Shown here one piece after another: positions 17,025-26,607 of a DNA stretch of 64,000 nucleotides. Within the stretch, counting starts at the first letter, position 1. The number at the start of each line of letters is the position of its first letter. The DNA is from Candidatus Limnocylindrales bacterium. Its GTDB lineage: Bacteria > Chloroflexota > Limnocylindria > Limnocylindrales > CSP1-4. The translations under genes and the position numbers were made by a program. The stretch spans positions 133 through 64,132 of the forward strand of contig DASUKL010000043.1 of assembly GCA_036278755.1 (NCBI GenBank), in the 5' to 3' direction. A model generated the notes under the pieces. That model saw nothing but the letters and a program-made list of their open reading frames with translations. It was not told the origin of the DNA and did no database searches.

Positions 17025-18461
17025 ATGCCCACATCGAGCCAGACCGCCGCGCCGCACCGCCCCCGGACCCTGGGTCGGTTGCGGGCCAGCGACTGGCGCC
17101 CGCGGACGGTCAAGGAGGAGCTCCGGGCCAACCTCCTGGCCCGGCTCGGGGAGGGCGGACCGCTCTTCCCCGGTGTCCTCGGCTACGAGGACACCGTCGT
17201 CCCGGCGGTCGAGAACGCCATCCTGGCCGGTCAGGACATCTGCTTCCTGGGCGAGCGCGGGCAGGCCAAGACGCGCATGGCCCGCCAGCTCGTGGGCCTC
17301 CTCGACGAGGCCATCCCGGCCATCGAGGGCGGCGACCTCAACGACGACCCCTACGCGCCCTTGAGCGCCGCGGCCCGGGCGCGTGTGGTCGCCGAGGGGG
17401 ATGAGACGCCCATCCACTGGCTGCCGGCCGATCGGCGCTACGGGGAGAAGCTGGCTACCCCCGACATCACCATCGCCGACCTCATCGGTGAGGTCGATCC
17501 CATCAAGGTCGCCGAGGGGCGCTACCTGGCCGACGAGTCGACCATCCACTTCGGCCTCGTGCCGCGCACCAACCGAGGCATCTTCGTCATCAACGAGCTG
17601 CCCGACCTGGCCGAGCGGATCCAAGTCGGCCTGCTGAATGTGCTCGAGGAGCGCGACGTCCAGATCCGCGGCTATGCCGTCCGCCTGCCCCTCGACCTCT
17701 ATCTGGTGGCCAGTGCCAACCCCGAGGACTACACCAGCCGGGGCCGGATCATCACCCCCCTCAAGGATCGCCTGGGCTCCCAGATCCGGACCCACTATCC
17801 GCGCAGCCTCGAGCTCGAGATCGCGATCATGCGCCAGGAGCGCACGCGCTTCGACGACCCCGACGGCGTGCCGCCGGTGGAGGAGCCGGAGTGGATGCTC
17901 GAGCTGGTTGCCGAGCTGTCCCACCTGGCTCGCTCCTCGCCCGAGATCAGCCAGCGCTCGGGGGTCAGCGTGCGGGTCAGCATCACCAACCTCGAGACCC
18001 TCCTGGCCAACGCCCTGAAGCGTGCGGTCCGTCTGGGCGAGGCCTCGGCCGCCCCGCGGGTGAGCGACCTGGGGGCCCTCATCCCCTCCACGGCCGGCAA
18101 GATCGAGCTCGAGACGCTGAACGACGAGGCGCCCGAGGATCGGGTCGTGGACCGACTCCTCAGCAAGGCCCTCTACAACGTCTTCGGCCGCCGCGTGGAG
18201 GTCGACGACCTCGACCCCATCGTCGCCGCCTTCGACGGCGGGCTGACCATCGAGACCGGCGAGGCCGTGGCCTCAGGTGAGTACGTCCGCTGGGCTCGGG
18301 AGGTACCCGGTCTGGGCGAGGCCTGCCAGCGCCTGGGGGCCGGGTCAGCGTCGGCCAGCATCGCTTCGGCCGTCGAGTTCCTGCTCGAAGGCCTCCACCT
18401 CCACCGCCGCCTCAACAAGGAGCGCGGCGCGCCCGGCGGTGGCGGCGTGTACCGGCGCTGA
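17025..18461 (+). CDS. BchI/ChlI-like AAA+ ATPase (annotated magnesium chelatase-like / sigma-54-interaction-domain ATPase in other genomes)
   Basis: Walker A GERGQAKT, Walker B plus sensor region NRGIFVINELPDL, ASANPEDY. Confidence 0.85.
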   Translation: MPTSSQTAAPHRPRTLGRLRASDWRPRTVKEELRANLLARLGEGGPLFPGVLGYEDTVVPAVENAILAGQDICFLGERGQAKTRMARQLVGLLDEAIPAIEGGDLNDDPYAPLSAAARARVVAEGDETPIHWLPADRRYGEKLATPDITIADLIGEVDPIKVAEGRYLADESTIHFGLVPRTNRGIFVINELPDLAERIQVGLLNVLEERDVQIRGYAVRLPLDLYLVASANPEDYTSRGRIITPLKDRLGSQIRTHYPRSLELEIAIMRQERTRFDDPDGVPPVEEPEWMLELVAELSHLARSSPEISQRSGVSVRVSITNLETLLANALKRAVRLGEASAAPRVSDLGALIPSTAGKIELETLNDEAPEDRVVDRLLSKALYNVFGRRVEVDDLDPIVAAFDGGLTIETGEAVASGEYVRWAREVPGLGEACQRLGAGSASASIASAVEFLLEGLHLHRRLNKERGAPGGGGVYRR

Positions 18462-18467
18462 GCGCCG

Positions 18468-20555
18468 ATGGCCCTGGCCCTGCCCGAGCCTGACGCCGAG
18501 CGATCGGCCGCCCAGCAGCCGGCGGAGCCGCCGCGCGGCTTCCGGGAGCACTACCGCTACTCCCGTTGGGATGGCCGTCAGCGCGTCGATGACCTCGACG
18601 CCGACCGCATCCTGGACGCGCTGTCCGACGACCTGATGGCCGAGGGGGACCTCGCGGCCGCCCTGCGGCGCCTCCTCCGGCGGGGCCTGGAGGCGGATCC
18701 GGAGCGGGGCGGGGAGCGTGTGTCCGGCACCCGCGAGCTGCTCGAGCGGCTGGCCCGGGCGCGGCGAGACCTCCTCCGCCGCTACCAGCTCGGCGACGTC
18801 ATGAAGGACGTCCGGGAGCGGCTGAAGGAGGTGGTCGACACCGAGCGCCGGGGGCTCGAACGGCGCCTGGCCGAGGCCCGGGCCGCTGAAGCCGACCCGG
18901 AGCTGCGGCGGATGCTGGGCCAGATGGCCGGCCGCCGGGTGAGTCAGCTCGAGGCCCTGCCCGAGGACGCCGGAGCCCGCATCCGCGCCCTCCAGGACTA
19001 CGACTTCCTGGAGCCGGAGGCGAGGGAGCGCTTCGAGGCCCTCCTCGACGAGCTTCGCCATCAGGTCCTCGACCGGCAGTTCCAGGGCCTGGCCGACCAG
19101 ATCAAGGGCATGACGCCCGACAGCCTGGCCGCCAACCGGGCCATGGTCCGCGAGCTCGACCGCCTGCTCCAGGAGCGGCTGGAGGGCGGGGACCCCGACG
19201 CCACGGACTTCCTCTCCCGCCATGGGGCGTTCTTTCCCGGGGCCCGGACGTTGGATGACGTCATCGATCAGCTGACCGAGCGGATGGCGGCCATGCAAGC
19301 GCTGCTGGCCTCCATGAGCCCCGAACAGCGGGCCGAGCTGCAGTCGTTGACCGATGCCCTGCTTCGCGACGATCGCCTGCGCTGGGATCTGGCCCAGCTG
19401 GCGGCGACACTCGACCAGCTGCTGCCCGGCGGGCTGGGCCAGCGGGTCACGTTCCGGGGCGACGAACCGCTGTCGCTGGACGGCGCGCTCCACCAGCTGA
19501 ACGAGCTGCAAGCCATGGACCGTCTGGCCGATCGCCTCGATGGGGCCGAGGACGTGGCCAGCCTGGCTGGCATCGATCCTGACGAGGTCCGCCGCCTGGC
19601 GGGCGAGGAGGCGGCCGAGGACCTCGAGAGCCTGCAGCGGATCGCCGAGCAGCTGGAACAGGCCGGCTACGTGGAACGCCGTGGCGGGACGCTGGAGCTC
19701 ACACCCCGCGGGACGCGGCGCATCGGCCAGCGCGTGCTTGACGAGCTGTTCAGCCGGCTGCGCGACGACGCGCACGGCAACCACGCCATCCGGCGCGGTG
19801 GCGCGGGCGGCGAACGGGCGGAGGCGTCGGTCGCCTGGGAGTTCGGCCGGCCCTTCGACCTCGACCTGCGGGCGACCCTGGGCAACGCCCTGACCCGGCC
19901 CGAGAACGGACCCCGTCGATGGCAGGGCGGACTTCGCCTGGCGCCGGCGGACTTCACCGTCCACGAGAGCGAGGAGCTGTCCACGGCGGCCACGGTGCTC
20001 CTCGTGGACATGAGCCGCTCCATGCTCCTGCGCGGCTGCTTCCTGGCGGCCAAGAAGGTGGCCGTGGCCCTCGACACGCTCATTCGCACCCAGTTCCCCC
20101 GCGACGAGCTGCACGTCATCGGCTTCGCCTACTACGCTCGCGAGATCCGGCCCGGCTCGCTGGCCGCCCTCAGCTGGCACGGGTATGAGTACGGCACGAA
20201 CCTCCAGCACGGGCTGCTCCTGGCCCGTCGCCTCCTGGCCCGCTCGCGCGCCCACAATCGGGAGATCGTGGTCGTCACCGACGGTGAGCCGACGGCCCAC
20301 TTCGAGGGCGGCCAGGTCGAGTTCAGCTATCCCCCGACCCGGCGCACGATCCAGGCCACGCTGGCCGAGGTCGCCCGCTGCACGAAGGACGGCATCGTCA
20401 TCAACACCTTCATGCTGGAGCGCTCGCGGGCCCTGGCCGACTTCGTCGCCCGTCTCACACGACTCAATCGGGGACGAGCCTTCTACGCGACGCCCGAGCG
20501 GCTCGGGGAGTACGTGCTGGTCGACTACGTGGGGCGCAAGACGAACAGGGTCTGA
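18468..20555 (+). CDS. VWA domain-containing protein (partner of the AAA+ ATPase)
   Basis: C-terminal VWA domain with MIDAS motif VDMSRSM and VVVTDGEPT. Long coiled-coil-like, acidic/basic N-terminal region. Confidence 0.85.
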   Translation: MALALPEPDAERSAAQQPAEPPRGFREHYRYSRWDGRQRVDDLDADRILDALSDDLMAEGDLAAALRRLLRRGLEADPERGGERVSGTRELLERLARARRDLLRRYQLGDVMKDVRERLKEVVDTERRGLERRLAEARAAEADPELRRMLGQMAGRRVSQLEALPEDAGARIRALQDYDFLEPEARERFEALLDELRHQVLDRQFQGLADQIKGMTPDSLAANRAMVRELDRLLQERLEGGDPDATDFLSRHGAFFPGARTLDDVIDQLTERMAAMQALLASMSPEQRAELQSLTDALLRDDRLRWDLAQLAATLDQLLPGGLGQRVTFRGDEPLSLDGALHQLNELQAMDRLADRLDGAEDVASLAGIDPDEVRRLAGEEAAEDLESLQRIAEQLEQAGYVERRGGTLELTPRGTRRIGQRVLDELFSRLRDDAHGNHAIRRGGAGGERAEASVAWEFGRPFDLDLRATLGNALTRPENGPRRWQGGLRLAPADFTVHESEELSTAATVLLVDMSRSMLLRGCFLAAKKVAVALDTLIRTQFPRDELHVIGFAYYAREIRPGSLAALSWHGYEYGTNLQHGLLLARRLLARSRAHNREIVVVTDGEPTAHFEGGQVEFSYPPTRRTIQATLAEVARCTKDGIVINTFMLERSRALADFVARLTRLNRGRAFYATPERLGEYVLVDYVGRKTNRV

Positions 20556-20629
20556 GAGACCCGCAGGAGGTGGGTCCCCAGGACCCGCAGAAGCGGGCCT
20601 CGAGGTCGCAGGGAGGAGAAACGCGAAGG

Positions 20630-20953
20630 ATGGAGCGGCTGCTGGTGGTGGTCCTGCAGGCGGCGGATGCCGACGGGGTGGTCGACGCCCTGACCAGCGA
20701 GGGCTTCCGCGTGACCTGGCTGCGTTCGACCGGGGGCTTCCTGAAGAAGGACAACGCCACGATCCTCGTGGCCGTCTCGGGCGACGAAGCCTACCGCCAG
20801 GTCCTGGCCGTCATCGAGCAGCGCTCGTCCAGCCGCGACGTGGAGCTGCCGCCGATCCTCCGCGAGCGCCTCGACGACTGGAAGGAGCGGGTCGTCCACC
20901 AGGCCGGAGCCATCATCTTCGTCGTGCCGCTCGAGGGCATCGTCCGCCTCTAA
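20630..20953 (+). CDS. darA: PII-like cyclic-di-AMP receptor DarA/PstA (DUF970)
   Basis: FRVTWLRSTGGFLKKDNATILVAV closely matches the Bacillus DarA segment [24 protein letters not shown], as I recall it. About 107 aa. Confidence 0.8.
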   Translation: MERLLVVVLQAADADGVVDALTSEGFRVTWLRSTGGFLKKDNATILVAVSGDEAYRQVLAVIEQRSSSRDVELPPILRERLDDWKERVVHQAGAIIFVVPLEGIVRL

Positions 20954-21099
20954 GGGTCCCGCCGCCGCCTCGAGGGTCCCCGCCACCCGCAGGGCGGTTC
21001 CCGGCCGCTCAGCAGGGCCGCTCCCTCGGCCCAGGTCGCCAGGTGACCGGGGGTTCTGGGTTCCAACCCGACGCCCTTGGCGCGCACGCGACAGGTTCC

Positions 21100-21108
21100 T
21101 GCTATTGT
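21100..21108 (+). promoter_or_regulatory. Extended -10 element TGcTATTGT upstream of the heme operon
   Basis: Read directly in a locally AT-richer patch about 50 nt upstream of ATG 21158. Confidence 0.4.
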
Positions 21109-21157
21109 GTGCCGGTTCAGCAGGTCTTGCGTAGATTTATGAAGGTTCCTGCGGCCG

Positions 21158-21832
21158 ATGCCCACCTCGTCCCGTCGTCGCTCGGATTGGCTGACGCTGT
21201 CCGAGGCCAGCCGCCAGTTGGGGGTCGCCCCGGCGACCCTGCGACGCTGGAGTGATGCCGGCCGGATCCGGACCTTCACCACCCCCGGCGGGCATCGGCG
21301 CTTCGCCCGCGGTGCCCTCCAGAGCCTCCTGCCGAGCAGGGATCCGAGCCCCTTGCCCCTGGCCCGCATCGGGCTGACCCCGGAGCGGCTGAACCGTGCG
21401 TATCGGCGCAACGCCCGGATCCTGCACGCGGACCTGCCCTGGCTGACAGAGCTCCAGGGCCCCGCCCTGGAACGCTTCAGGATCCGCGGCCGGCGTCTGA
21501 CGGCCGACCTGCTGGCCTGGCTCGACGCTCGCGGCGAAGGCCCCGAGACACGCGACCACCCCCTGAACGACGCGACGCTCGTGGCGGCCGAGTACGGGCG
21601 CGAAGCCGCAGCGGCCGGGCTGTCCCTGAGCCAGACGGTGGAGGGCTTCCTCCGCTTCCGGGCCCCCTTCCTGGCTGAATTGGCCCGGGGCTCCCGGCGT
21701 CGAGGCCTCGATGGTGCCGCCGCGACCGAGCTCCTGGAGGCGGCCGAGACCGGCATGGACCGGCTCCTCATCGCGGCCATGGCAGCCCACAGCGTCGCCC
21801 GTATCGGCCCCGGTCACCCGGGCGGCGGGTGA
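21158..21832 (+). CDS. MerR/excisionase-type HTH DNA-binding protein with an uncharacterised C-terminal domain
   Basis: WLTLSEASRQLGVAPATLRRWSDAGRI HTH. Its stop overlaps the hemA start (GTGA). Confidence 0.75.
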   Translation: MPTSSRRRSDWLTLSEASRQLGVAPATLRRWSDAGRIRTFTTPGGHRRFARGALQSLLPSRDPSPLPLARIGLTPERLNRAYRRNARILHADLPWLTELQGPALERFRIRGRRLTADLLAWLDARGEGPETRDHPLNDATLVAAEYGREAAAAGLSLSQTVEGFLRFRAPFLAELARGSRRRGLDGAAATELLEAAETGMDRLLIAAMAAHSVARIGPGHPGGG

Positions 21833-23067
21833 GGGCGCCGGAGGCCGAACGGGCGCCGGCCGATCCCCAGCTCCTGGCCTGGTCGGCGGTCGCACCGTCC
21901 GTGGCCGCGTCCGATCGGGCGGCCTTCGCCGAGGTCCTCGCGGCCCTGGAACCGGCGACCGGGGGGGCCGCCGCCGGACGGCTCGACCTCGTGACCTGCC
22001 ATCGGGTCGAGGTCTACCTCGAGGGCGCCTCGACCGCGGAGGCAGCGGCGCTCGACGCGGCCCTCCCACACGGCGGCCGCCGGCTGGATAGCCACGACGT
22101 CGTTCGTCACCTGGCCCGGGTCGCGGTGGGCCTCGACAGCGCGATCCTGGCCGAGGACCAGGTCCTCCACCAGCTGCGCCGCAGCGTGGCCGCGGCCGAG
22201 GGCCGGGGCACGCTGGGGGGAGCCCTGGCCCGTGCAGCCCGGCTGAGCCTCACGGCCGGCCGTCGGGCGAGGACCTATCGGCCGGCCGGCCGCCCGTCCC
22301 TGGCCGATCTCGCCCTGGACACGCTGGAGCGCTTGGCGGGGGCCGGGCGGAGACCCGACGGCTCGAGATCGAGCGCGACCGAGCGCTCGGCACCTGAGGG
22401 TCCGGTGCTGGTGGTCGGGACGGGCGAGATCGGACGACTCACCCTTCGCCAGGCCCAGCGCCGCGGTCTGGCCGTCCTCGTCGCCAGTCGTGACCCGGGG
22501 ATCGCGGCCGCCCTCGCCACCCGCGTCGGAGGCCGGGCCGTGCCCATCGAAGGTGATGGCCGGCTCGACTCCGTGGTGGGCATCGTGGTCGCCCTGGGCG
22601 GGCCCTGGCGCATCGACCCATCCTGGGCGGCCGGCGTCGCTCGGCGCCACGTGCCGACCGTGGACCTCTCCTTCCCCGCCGCCGTGCCGGCCGCCCTGGC
22701 CCGGGCGCTGGGCCCCGCTTTCGTGCCGGTCGACGCGATCGGCACGAGCCCTGGGGACCGCGATCCGCGCCTGGCCGCACGGTTGGAAGCGGCCGTCGAC
22801 GAGGCGGTCGAGGCCTACGAGGCCTGGGCCGGCGCGGCCGGCCGGGACGCCGCCAGGGCGCTCGCGGCGCGGGCCGAGGCCGTCCGTCGGTCCGCCCTCG
22901 AGCGGCTGTGGCGGCGGTTGCCCCAGGTCCCGGCCGAGGAGCGGGCCCAGATCGAGGGTATGGCCCAGGGCCTGGCCGACGAGCTCCTCGGGCCGCCTCT
23001 CGCCCGTCTCGGTCATGATCGGGTCGGCGCCCAGGCCAAGGCGGCCCGTGAGCTGTTCGACCTGTGA
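21829..23067 (+). CDS. hemA: Glutamyl-tRNA reductase
   Basis: TCHRVEVY active-site Cys motif, GLDSAILAEDQVLHQL and NADPH-binding VVGTGEIG. Confidence 0.9.
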   Translation: MRAPEAERAPADPQLLAWSAVAPSVAASDRAAFAEVLAALEPATGGAAAGRLDLVTCHRVEVYLEGASTAEAAALDAALPHGGRRLDSHDVVRHLARVAVGLDSAILAEDQVLHQLRRSVAAAEGRGTLGGALARAARLSLTAGRRARTYRPAGRPSLADLALDTLERLAGAGRRPDGSRSSATERSAPEGPVLVVGTGEIGRLTLRQAQRRGLAVLVASRDPGIAAALATRVGGRAVPIEGDGRLDSVVGIVVALGGPWRIDPSWAAGVARRHVPTVDLSFPAAVPAALARALGPAFVPVDAIGTSPGDRDPRLAARLEAAVDEAVEAYEAWAGAAGRDAARALAARAEAVRRSALERLWRRLPQVPAEERAQIEGMAQGLADELLGPPLARLGHDRVGAQAKAARELFDL

Positions 23068-24833
23068 ACGTACGAGCGCCCCACGCCGGGACCGCGGTGC
23101 CGCTCCGCGTCGCCGGCGAGCGCCCGCTCCGCCCCGACGCCGAGCGGATGCTTCGTCTCGGGACCCGGGGCAGTGCCCTCGCCCTGGCCCAGGCGCGGCT
23201 CGTGGCGGCGGCCCTCGAACGACAGGGTACCGCGGTCTCCCTGGTGACCATCCGCACCGCCGGCGACGACCACCGGCCGGACGAAGGGTGGGGCGAAGGC
23301 GCCTTCGTGTCGGCTATCGAACGAGCCCTGCGTCGTGGGGAGGTGGACCTGGCCGTTCACAGCGCCAAGGACCTGCCCACGACGGAGCCGCCGGACCTCA
23401 TGGTGGCAGCCTTCCTGCCGCGGGCCGATCCGCGCGATGCCCTTGTGGGCCCCCGGCCAGGGCTTCGGTTCGTCGACCTACCCACGGGCGCGCGCGTGGG
23501 TACCGATAGCCCCCGCCGCAGCCGCTTCCTGCGCCGGCTCCGTCCCGACCTCGAGACCCATCCGCTCGACGGCAACGTCGACCGACGCCTGGAACGTCTT
23601 GCCGAAGGCGAGACCGATGCGCTGATCCTGGCCGTGGCCGGGCTGGAACGGCTTGGCCGCGCCGATCGGATCGGCCAGGTGCTCTCGCCGCAGGTCATCT
23701 TCCCGGCCCCCGGTCAGGGGGCCATCGCGATCCAGGTCCGGACCGACGACGCGGAGGCGCGGGACTTGGTGGCGACCGTGGACGACGCCCCGACGCGCTC
23801 GGCCGTGACCGCCGAGCGGTCCTTGCTCGCGGCCCTGGGCGGTGGCTGCCGAGCGCCCATCGGGGCGCTGGCCCGGGTCCGCGACGGGCGCCTCCACCTG
23901 CGGGCCGCCTGGGCCGGTCCCCAGGGCGAGGTCCGGCAGGGGAGGGCCGAGGGCGACCTCGACGCCGCGGTGGAGCTGGGCCAGCGCCTCGCCGCCCGCC
24001 TGGTGGCTCCTCCACGCCGTGGCACCCGTGTGTCCCGCCGACCCTACGACGGTGCCGGCACCTCGGCTGGTCCCCGCGTCCTCGTCACGCGACCGACGGC
24101 CGAGGCCGGGCCGCTGGTGGCCGCGCTGCGTCGCCGGGGACTCCAGCCGGTCGTGGTGCCGGCCATCCGGGTCTCGGCCCTCCTGTCAAGGGCAGACCTG
24201 GGCGAACGGCTGGCCCGCCTCAGCCCCGAGAGGATCGTCGTCGCCAGCCCGACGGCCGCCCGGCTGGCCGTGGAGGCCTGTCGGGCCCGCGGCCTCGCGC
24301 CCGCACGATGCACCTGGGCCGCGGTCGGGCCAGGCAGCGCTGAGCCGCTGGCGCGAGCCCGGGTCGCCGCCTGGCTGCCCACCCGAGCTGACGCGGCCAC
24401 CCTGGCCGCCGAGCTGCCCCTGGTACCGGGTGAGCGGATCCTGGTCCTGTGCGGCGAGCTGGCCGCGGGATCGCTGGTCGGGCGCCTGGCCGAGCGGGGG
24501 GCGCGAGGGGAGGAGATCGTGGTCTATCGGACGGTGGAGGCGCCAGCGCCGTCGCGGCGTCGCCTGGCCTCCGCTCTGGCGGAGGGTCGACCCGCGGCGA
24601 TCGCCTTCACCAGCGGCTCGACCGTCCGCGGCTTCGTTGGCCTGGCCGGCCTGGCCGGCCTGGCCGGACCGGACCTCGATGGGCTCCGGGCCATCCCCGC
24701 CGTCTGCATCGGCCAGCCGACCGCTGCTGCGGCTCGCTCCCTCGGCTTCCTGACCGTCGAGACGGCCGATCGACCGACGCCCGCGGCCATGGCCGCCGCA
24801 GCCGCTCGGGCCGTTGGGATGCCGAGCGCATGA
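23064..24833 (+). CDS. hemC: Fused hydroxymethylbilane synthase (HemC) / uroporphyrinogen-III synthase (HemD)
   Basis: N-terminal [13 protein letters not shown]...HSAKDLP...[10 protein letters not shown] is HemC. The C-terminal ~250 aa ([21 protein letters not shown]...) is HemD-like. The start could be the internal M at 23148. Confidence 0.88.
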   Translation: MNVRAPHAGTAVPLRVAGERPLRPDAERMLRLGTRGSALALAQARLVAAALERQGTAVSLVTIRTAGDDHRPDEGWGEGAFVSAIERALRRGEVDLAVHSAKDLPTTEPPDLMVAAFLPRADPRDALVGPRPGLRFVDLPTGARVGTDSPRRSRFLRRLRPDLETHPLDGNVDRRLERLAEGETDALILAVAGLERLGRADRIGQVLSPQVIFPAPGQGAIAIQVRTDDAEARDLVATVDDAPTRSAVTAERSLLAALGGGCRAPIGALARVRDGRLHLRAAWAGPQGEVRQGRAEGDLDAAVELGQRLAARLVAPPRRGTRVSRRPYDGAGTSAGPRVLVTRPTAEAGPLVAALRRRGLQPVVVPAIRVSALLSRADLGERLARLSPERIVVASPTAARLAVEACRARGLAPARCTWAAVGPGSAEPLARARVAAWLPTRADAATLAAELPLVPGERILVLCGELAAGSLVGRLAERGARGEEIVVYRTVEAPAPSRRRLASALAEGRPAAIAFTSGSTVRGFVGLAGLAGLAGPDLDGLRAIPAVCIGQPTAAAARSLGFLTVETADRPTPAAMAAAAARAVGMPSA

Positions 24834-25855
24834 TGGCCGCCGATGGCGTCGCGGATCGCCCGACCCTGATCGACCGCCGACCCGTCGCCCGCCCTCGGCG
24901 CCTGCGCCGGACGCCGGCCCTCCGGGCGCTCGTCCGCGAGACGCGGCTCGCTCCAGGGCAGCTGGTGGCCCCGCTCTTCATCCGCTCCGGCCGCGGCCTC
25001 CGCGAGCCCATCGCCACGCTCCCCGGTCAGGCCAGGGTCTCGGTCGACGAGGCCGTCCGGGAGGCCGAGGCGCTGGCGGAGCTGGGGGTCGGTGGCCTGC
25101 TCCTCTTCGGCCTGCCCGACGCCAAGGACGAGCAGGGCAGCGGCGCCTGGGACGACGAGGCGCCCGTCCAGTCCGCCCTGCGGGCCCTGCGGGCGGCTGG
25201 CCTGCCGCTCGTGCTGATCGCCGACACGTGTCTCTGCGAGTACACCAGCCACGGCCACTGCGGGCCGCTCGACGGCCAGGGCGGGGTCGACAACGACGCC
25301 GCCTTGGAGCTCCTGACCCGGACCGCCGTCTCGCAGGCAGCAGCCGGGGCCGACCTCGTGGCACCCTCGGCCATGATGGACGGCCAGGTCGTCGCCCTGC
25401 GGGCCGGCCTCGATGCCGCTGGCCTGGCCGGGACCGCGATCCTGGCCTACGCCGCCAAGCACGCCTCGGCCTTCTACGGACCCTTCCGCGACGCAGCCGG
25501 GAGCGCCCCCGCGTTCGGCGATCGGCGGGGCTACCAGATGGACCCGGCCAACGGTCGCGAGGCACTGCGCGAGCTGACGCTCGATGCCGCCGAGGGCGCG
25601 GATGTCCTGATGGTCAAGCCGGCCTTGCCGGCGCTCGACCTCGTGGCCGCGGCCCGGGCCCATTTCGACCTGCCCATCGCTGCCTATCAGGTGAGCGGCG
25701 AGTTCGCGATGCTCGCTGCTGCCGCCGAGCGGGGCTGGCTGGACTGGCGCGCGGCCGTGCTCGAGTCGCTGATCGCCATCGGTCGGGCCGGGGCAGACCT
25801 CATCGTCACCTACGCCGCGCGGGAGGCCGCCGGCTGGATCAGGGAGCCGTCATGA
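24830..25855 (+). CDS. hemB: Porphobilinogen synthase (delta-aminolevulinate dehydratase), Zn-type
   Basis: [14 protein letters not shown] cysteine-rich zinc site plus the VKPALP and AYQVSGEF lysine regions. ATGA overlap with the hemC-D stop. Confidence 0.92.
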   Translation: MMAADGVADRPTLIDRRPVARPRRLRRTPALRALVRETRLAPGQLVAPLFIRSGRGLREPIATLPGQARVSVDEAVREAEALAELGVGGLLLFGLPDAKDEQGSGAWDDEAPVQSALRALRAAGLPLVLIADTCLCEYTSHGHCGPLDGQGGVDNDAALELLTRTAVSQAAAGADLVAPSAMMDGQVVALRAGLDAAGLAGTAILAYAAKHASAFYGPFRDAAGSAPAFGDRRGYQMDPANGREALRELTLDAAEGADVLMVKPALPALDLVAAARAHFDLPIAAYQVSGEFAMLAAAAERGWLDWRAAVLESLIAIGRAGADLIVTYAAREAAGWIREPS

Positions 25856-26607
25856 CCGAAGAGATCCCCGTCCGCTACGCCCAGGCCCTGGCCATCGGCT
25901 TCGACCCGGGTTGGCGCCGCCAGCCCGACGCCGCCCTGGAGGCGGACATCTCCGCCTTCGTCGAGGCCGAGGCGCGGGCCGCGGACGACGGCGTGGCCGG
26001 CGTCTGCTATTCGACCCTGGGTCTCAAGCCTGGCTGCGAGGTGCTGCTGTGGCGCGTGGGCCCGACCGTCGAGGCCCTCCAGGCGGCCGCAGCCCGCCTC
26101 CTCCGATCGGGGGCCGGCCGCTGGGCGGACGTGCGCCACGCGTTGCTCGGCCAACTGCGCGGCTCGCAGTACGTCCGCAAGCCCAGCGGCCAGGACCAGG
26201 CGAGCCTGGTCGATGACCCGGCCCGCTACCTCGTCGTCTACCCCTTCACGAAGTCGACGGAGTGGTACCTCCTGGGCCGCGATGCGCGCCAGGGGATCAT
26301 GAACGAGCACATGCGGATCGGGCACGACTACGCCTCCGTCCGCCAGGCCCTGGCCTACAGCTTCGGGCTCGACGACCAGGACTTCGTGGTGGCCTACGCC
26401 ACGGACGACCTGGTGGCCTTCGGCGATCTGGTCCGCGAGCTGCGCGGCAGCGACAGCCGACGCTCGACGATCCGCGACACGCCCCTCCTCCTTGGCGCCC
26501 GGCGCTCGGCTGTCGACATCCTGGTCGACCTGGCCGGCGCAGCCGGCCCAGCGACCGCAGGCCGCGCCGCGGCGGATCGCCGCCCGACCCCGAGTCCGGC
26601 CTCGTGA
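25852..26607 (+). CDS. hemQ: Coproheme decarboxylase (HemQ/ChdC, chlorite-dismutase family)
   Basis: [16 protein letters not shown] and MRIGHDY motifs typical of HemQ. ATGA overlap with the hemB stop. It is only the 3' third of track ORF 24814..26607. Confidence 0.85.
   Translation: MTEEIPVRYAQALAIGFDPGWRRQPDAALEADISAFVEAEARAADDGVAGVCYSTLGLKPGCEVLLWRVGPTVEALQAAAARLLRSGAGRWADVRHALLGQLRGSQYVRKPSGQDQASLVDDPARYLVVYPFTKSTEWYLLGRDARQGIMNEHMRIGHDYASVRQALAYSFGLDDQDFVVAYATDDLVAFGDLVRELRGSDSRRSTIRDTPLLLGARRSAVDILVDLAGAAGPATAGRAAADRRPTPSPAS

Noticed and set aside
16284-17924. 546-aa minus-strand ORF
   Set aside because: It is antisense to the CpaF-like and AAA+ genes and is low complexity.
18345-20300. 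651-aa minus-strand ORF
   Set aside because: It is antisense to the VWA gene and has no motifs.
20954-21010. Intrinsic terminator after darA (CCGCC-ACCCGCA-GGGCGG followed by TT)
   Set aside because: The stem is only 5 bp and the U tract only two residues, which is too weak to call.
21040-21080. tRNA fragment, because of GGGTTCCAACCC (T-loop-like)
   Set aside because: The flanks do not form a T stem or an acceptor stem, and there is no anticodon arm.
24814-26607. 597-aa plus-strand ORF as a single protein
   Set aside because: The first two-thirds is an alternative frame of hemB (Arg/Pro/Gly-rich). Only the part from ATG 25852 is HemQ.
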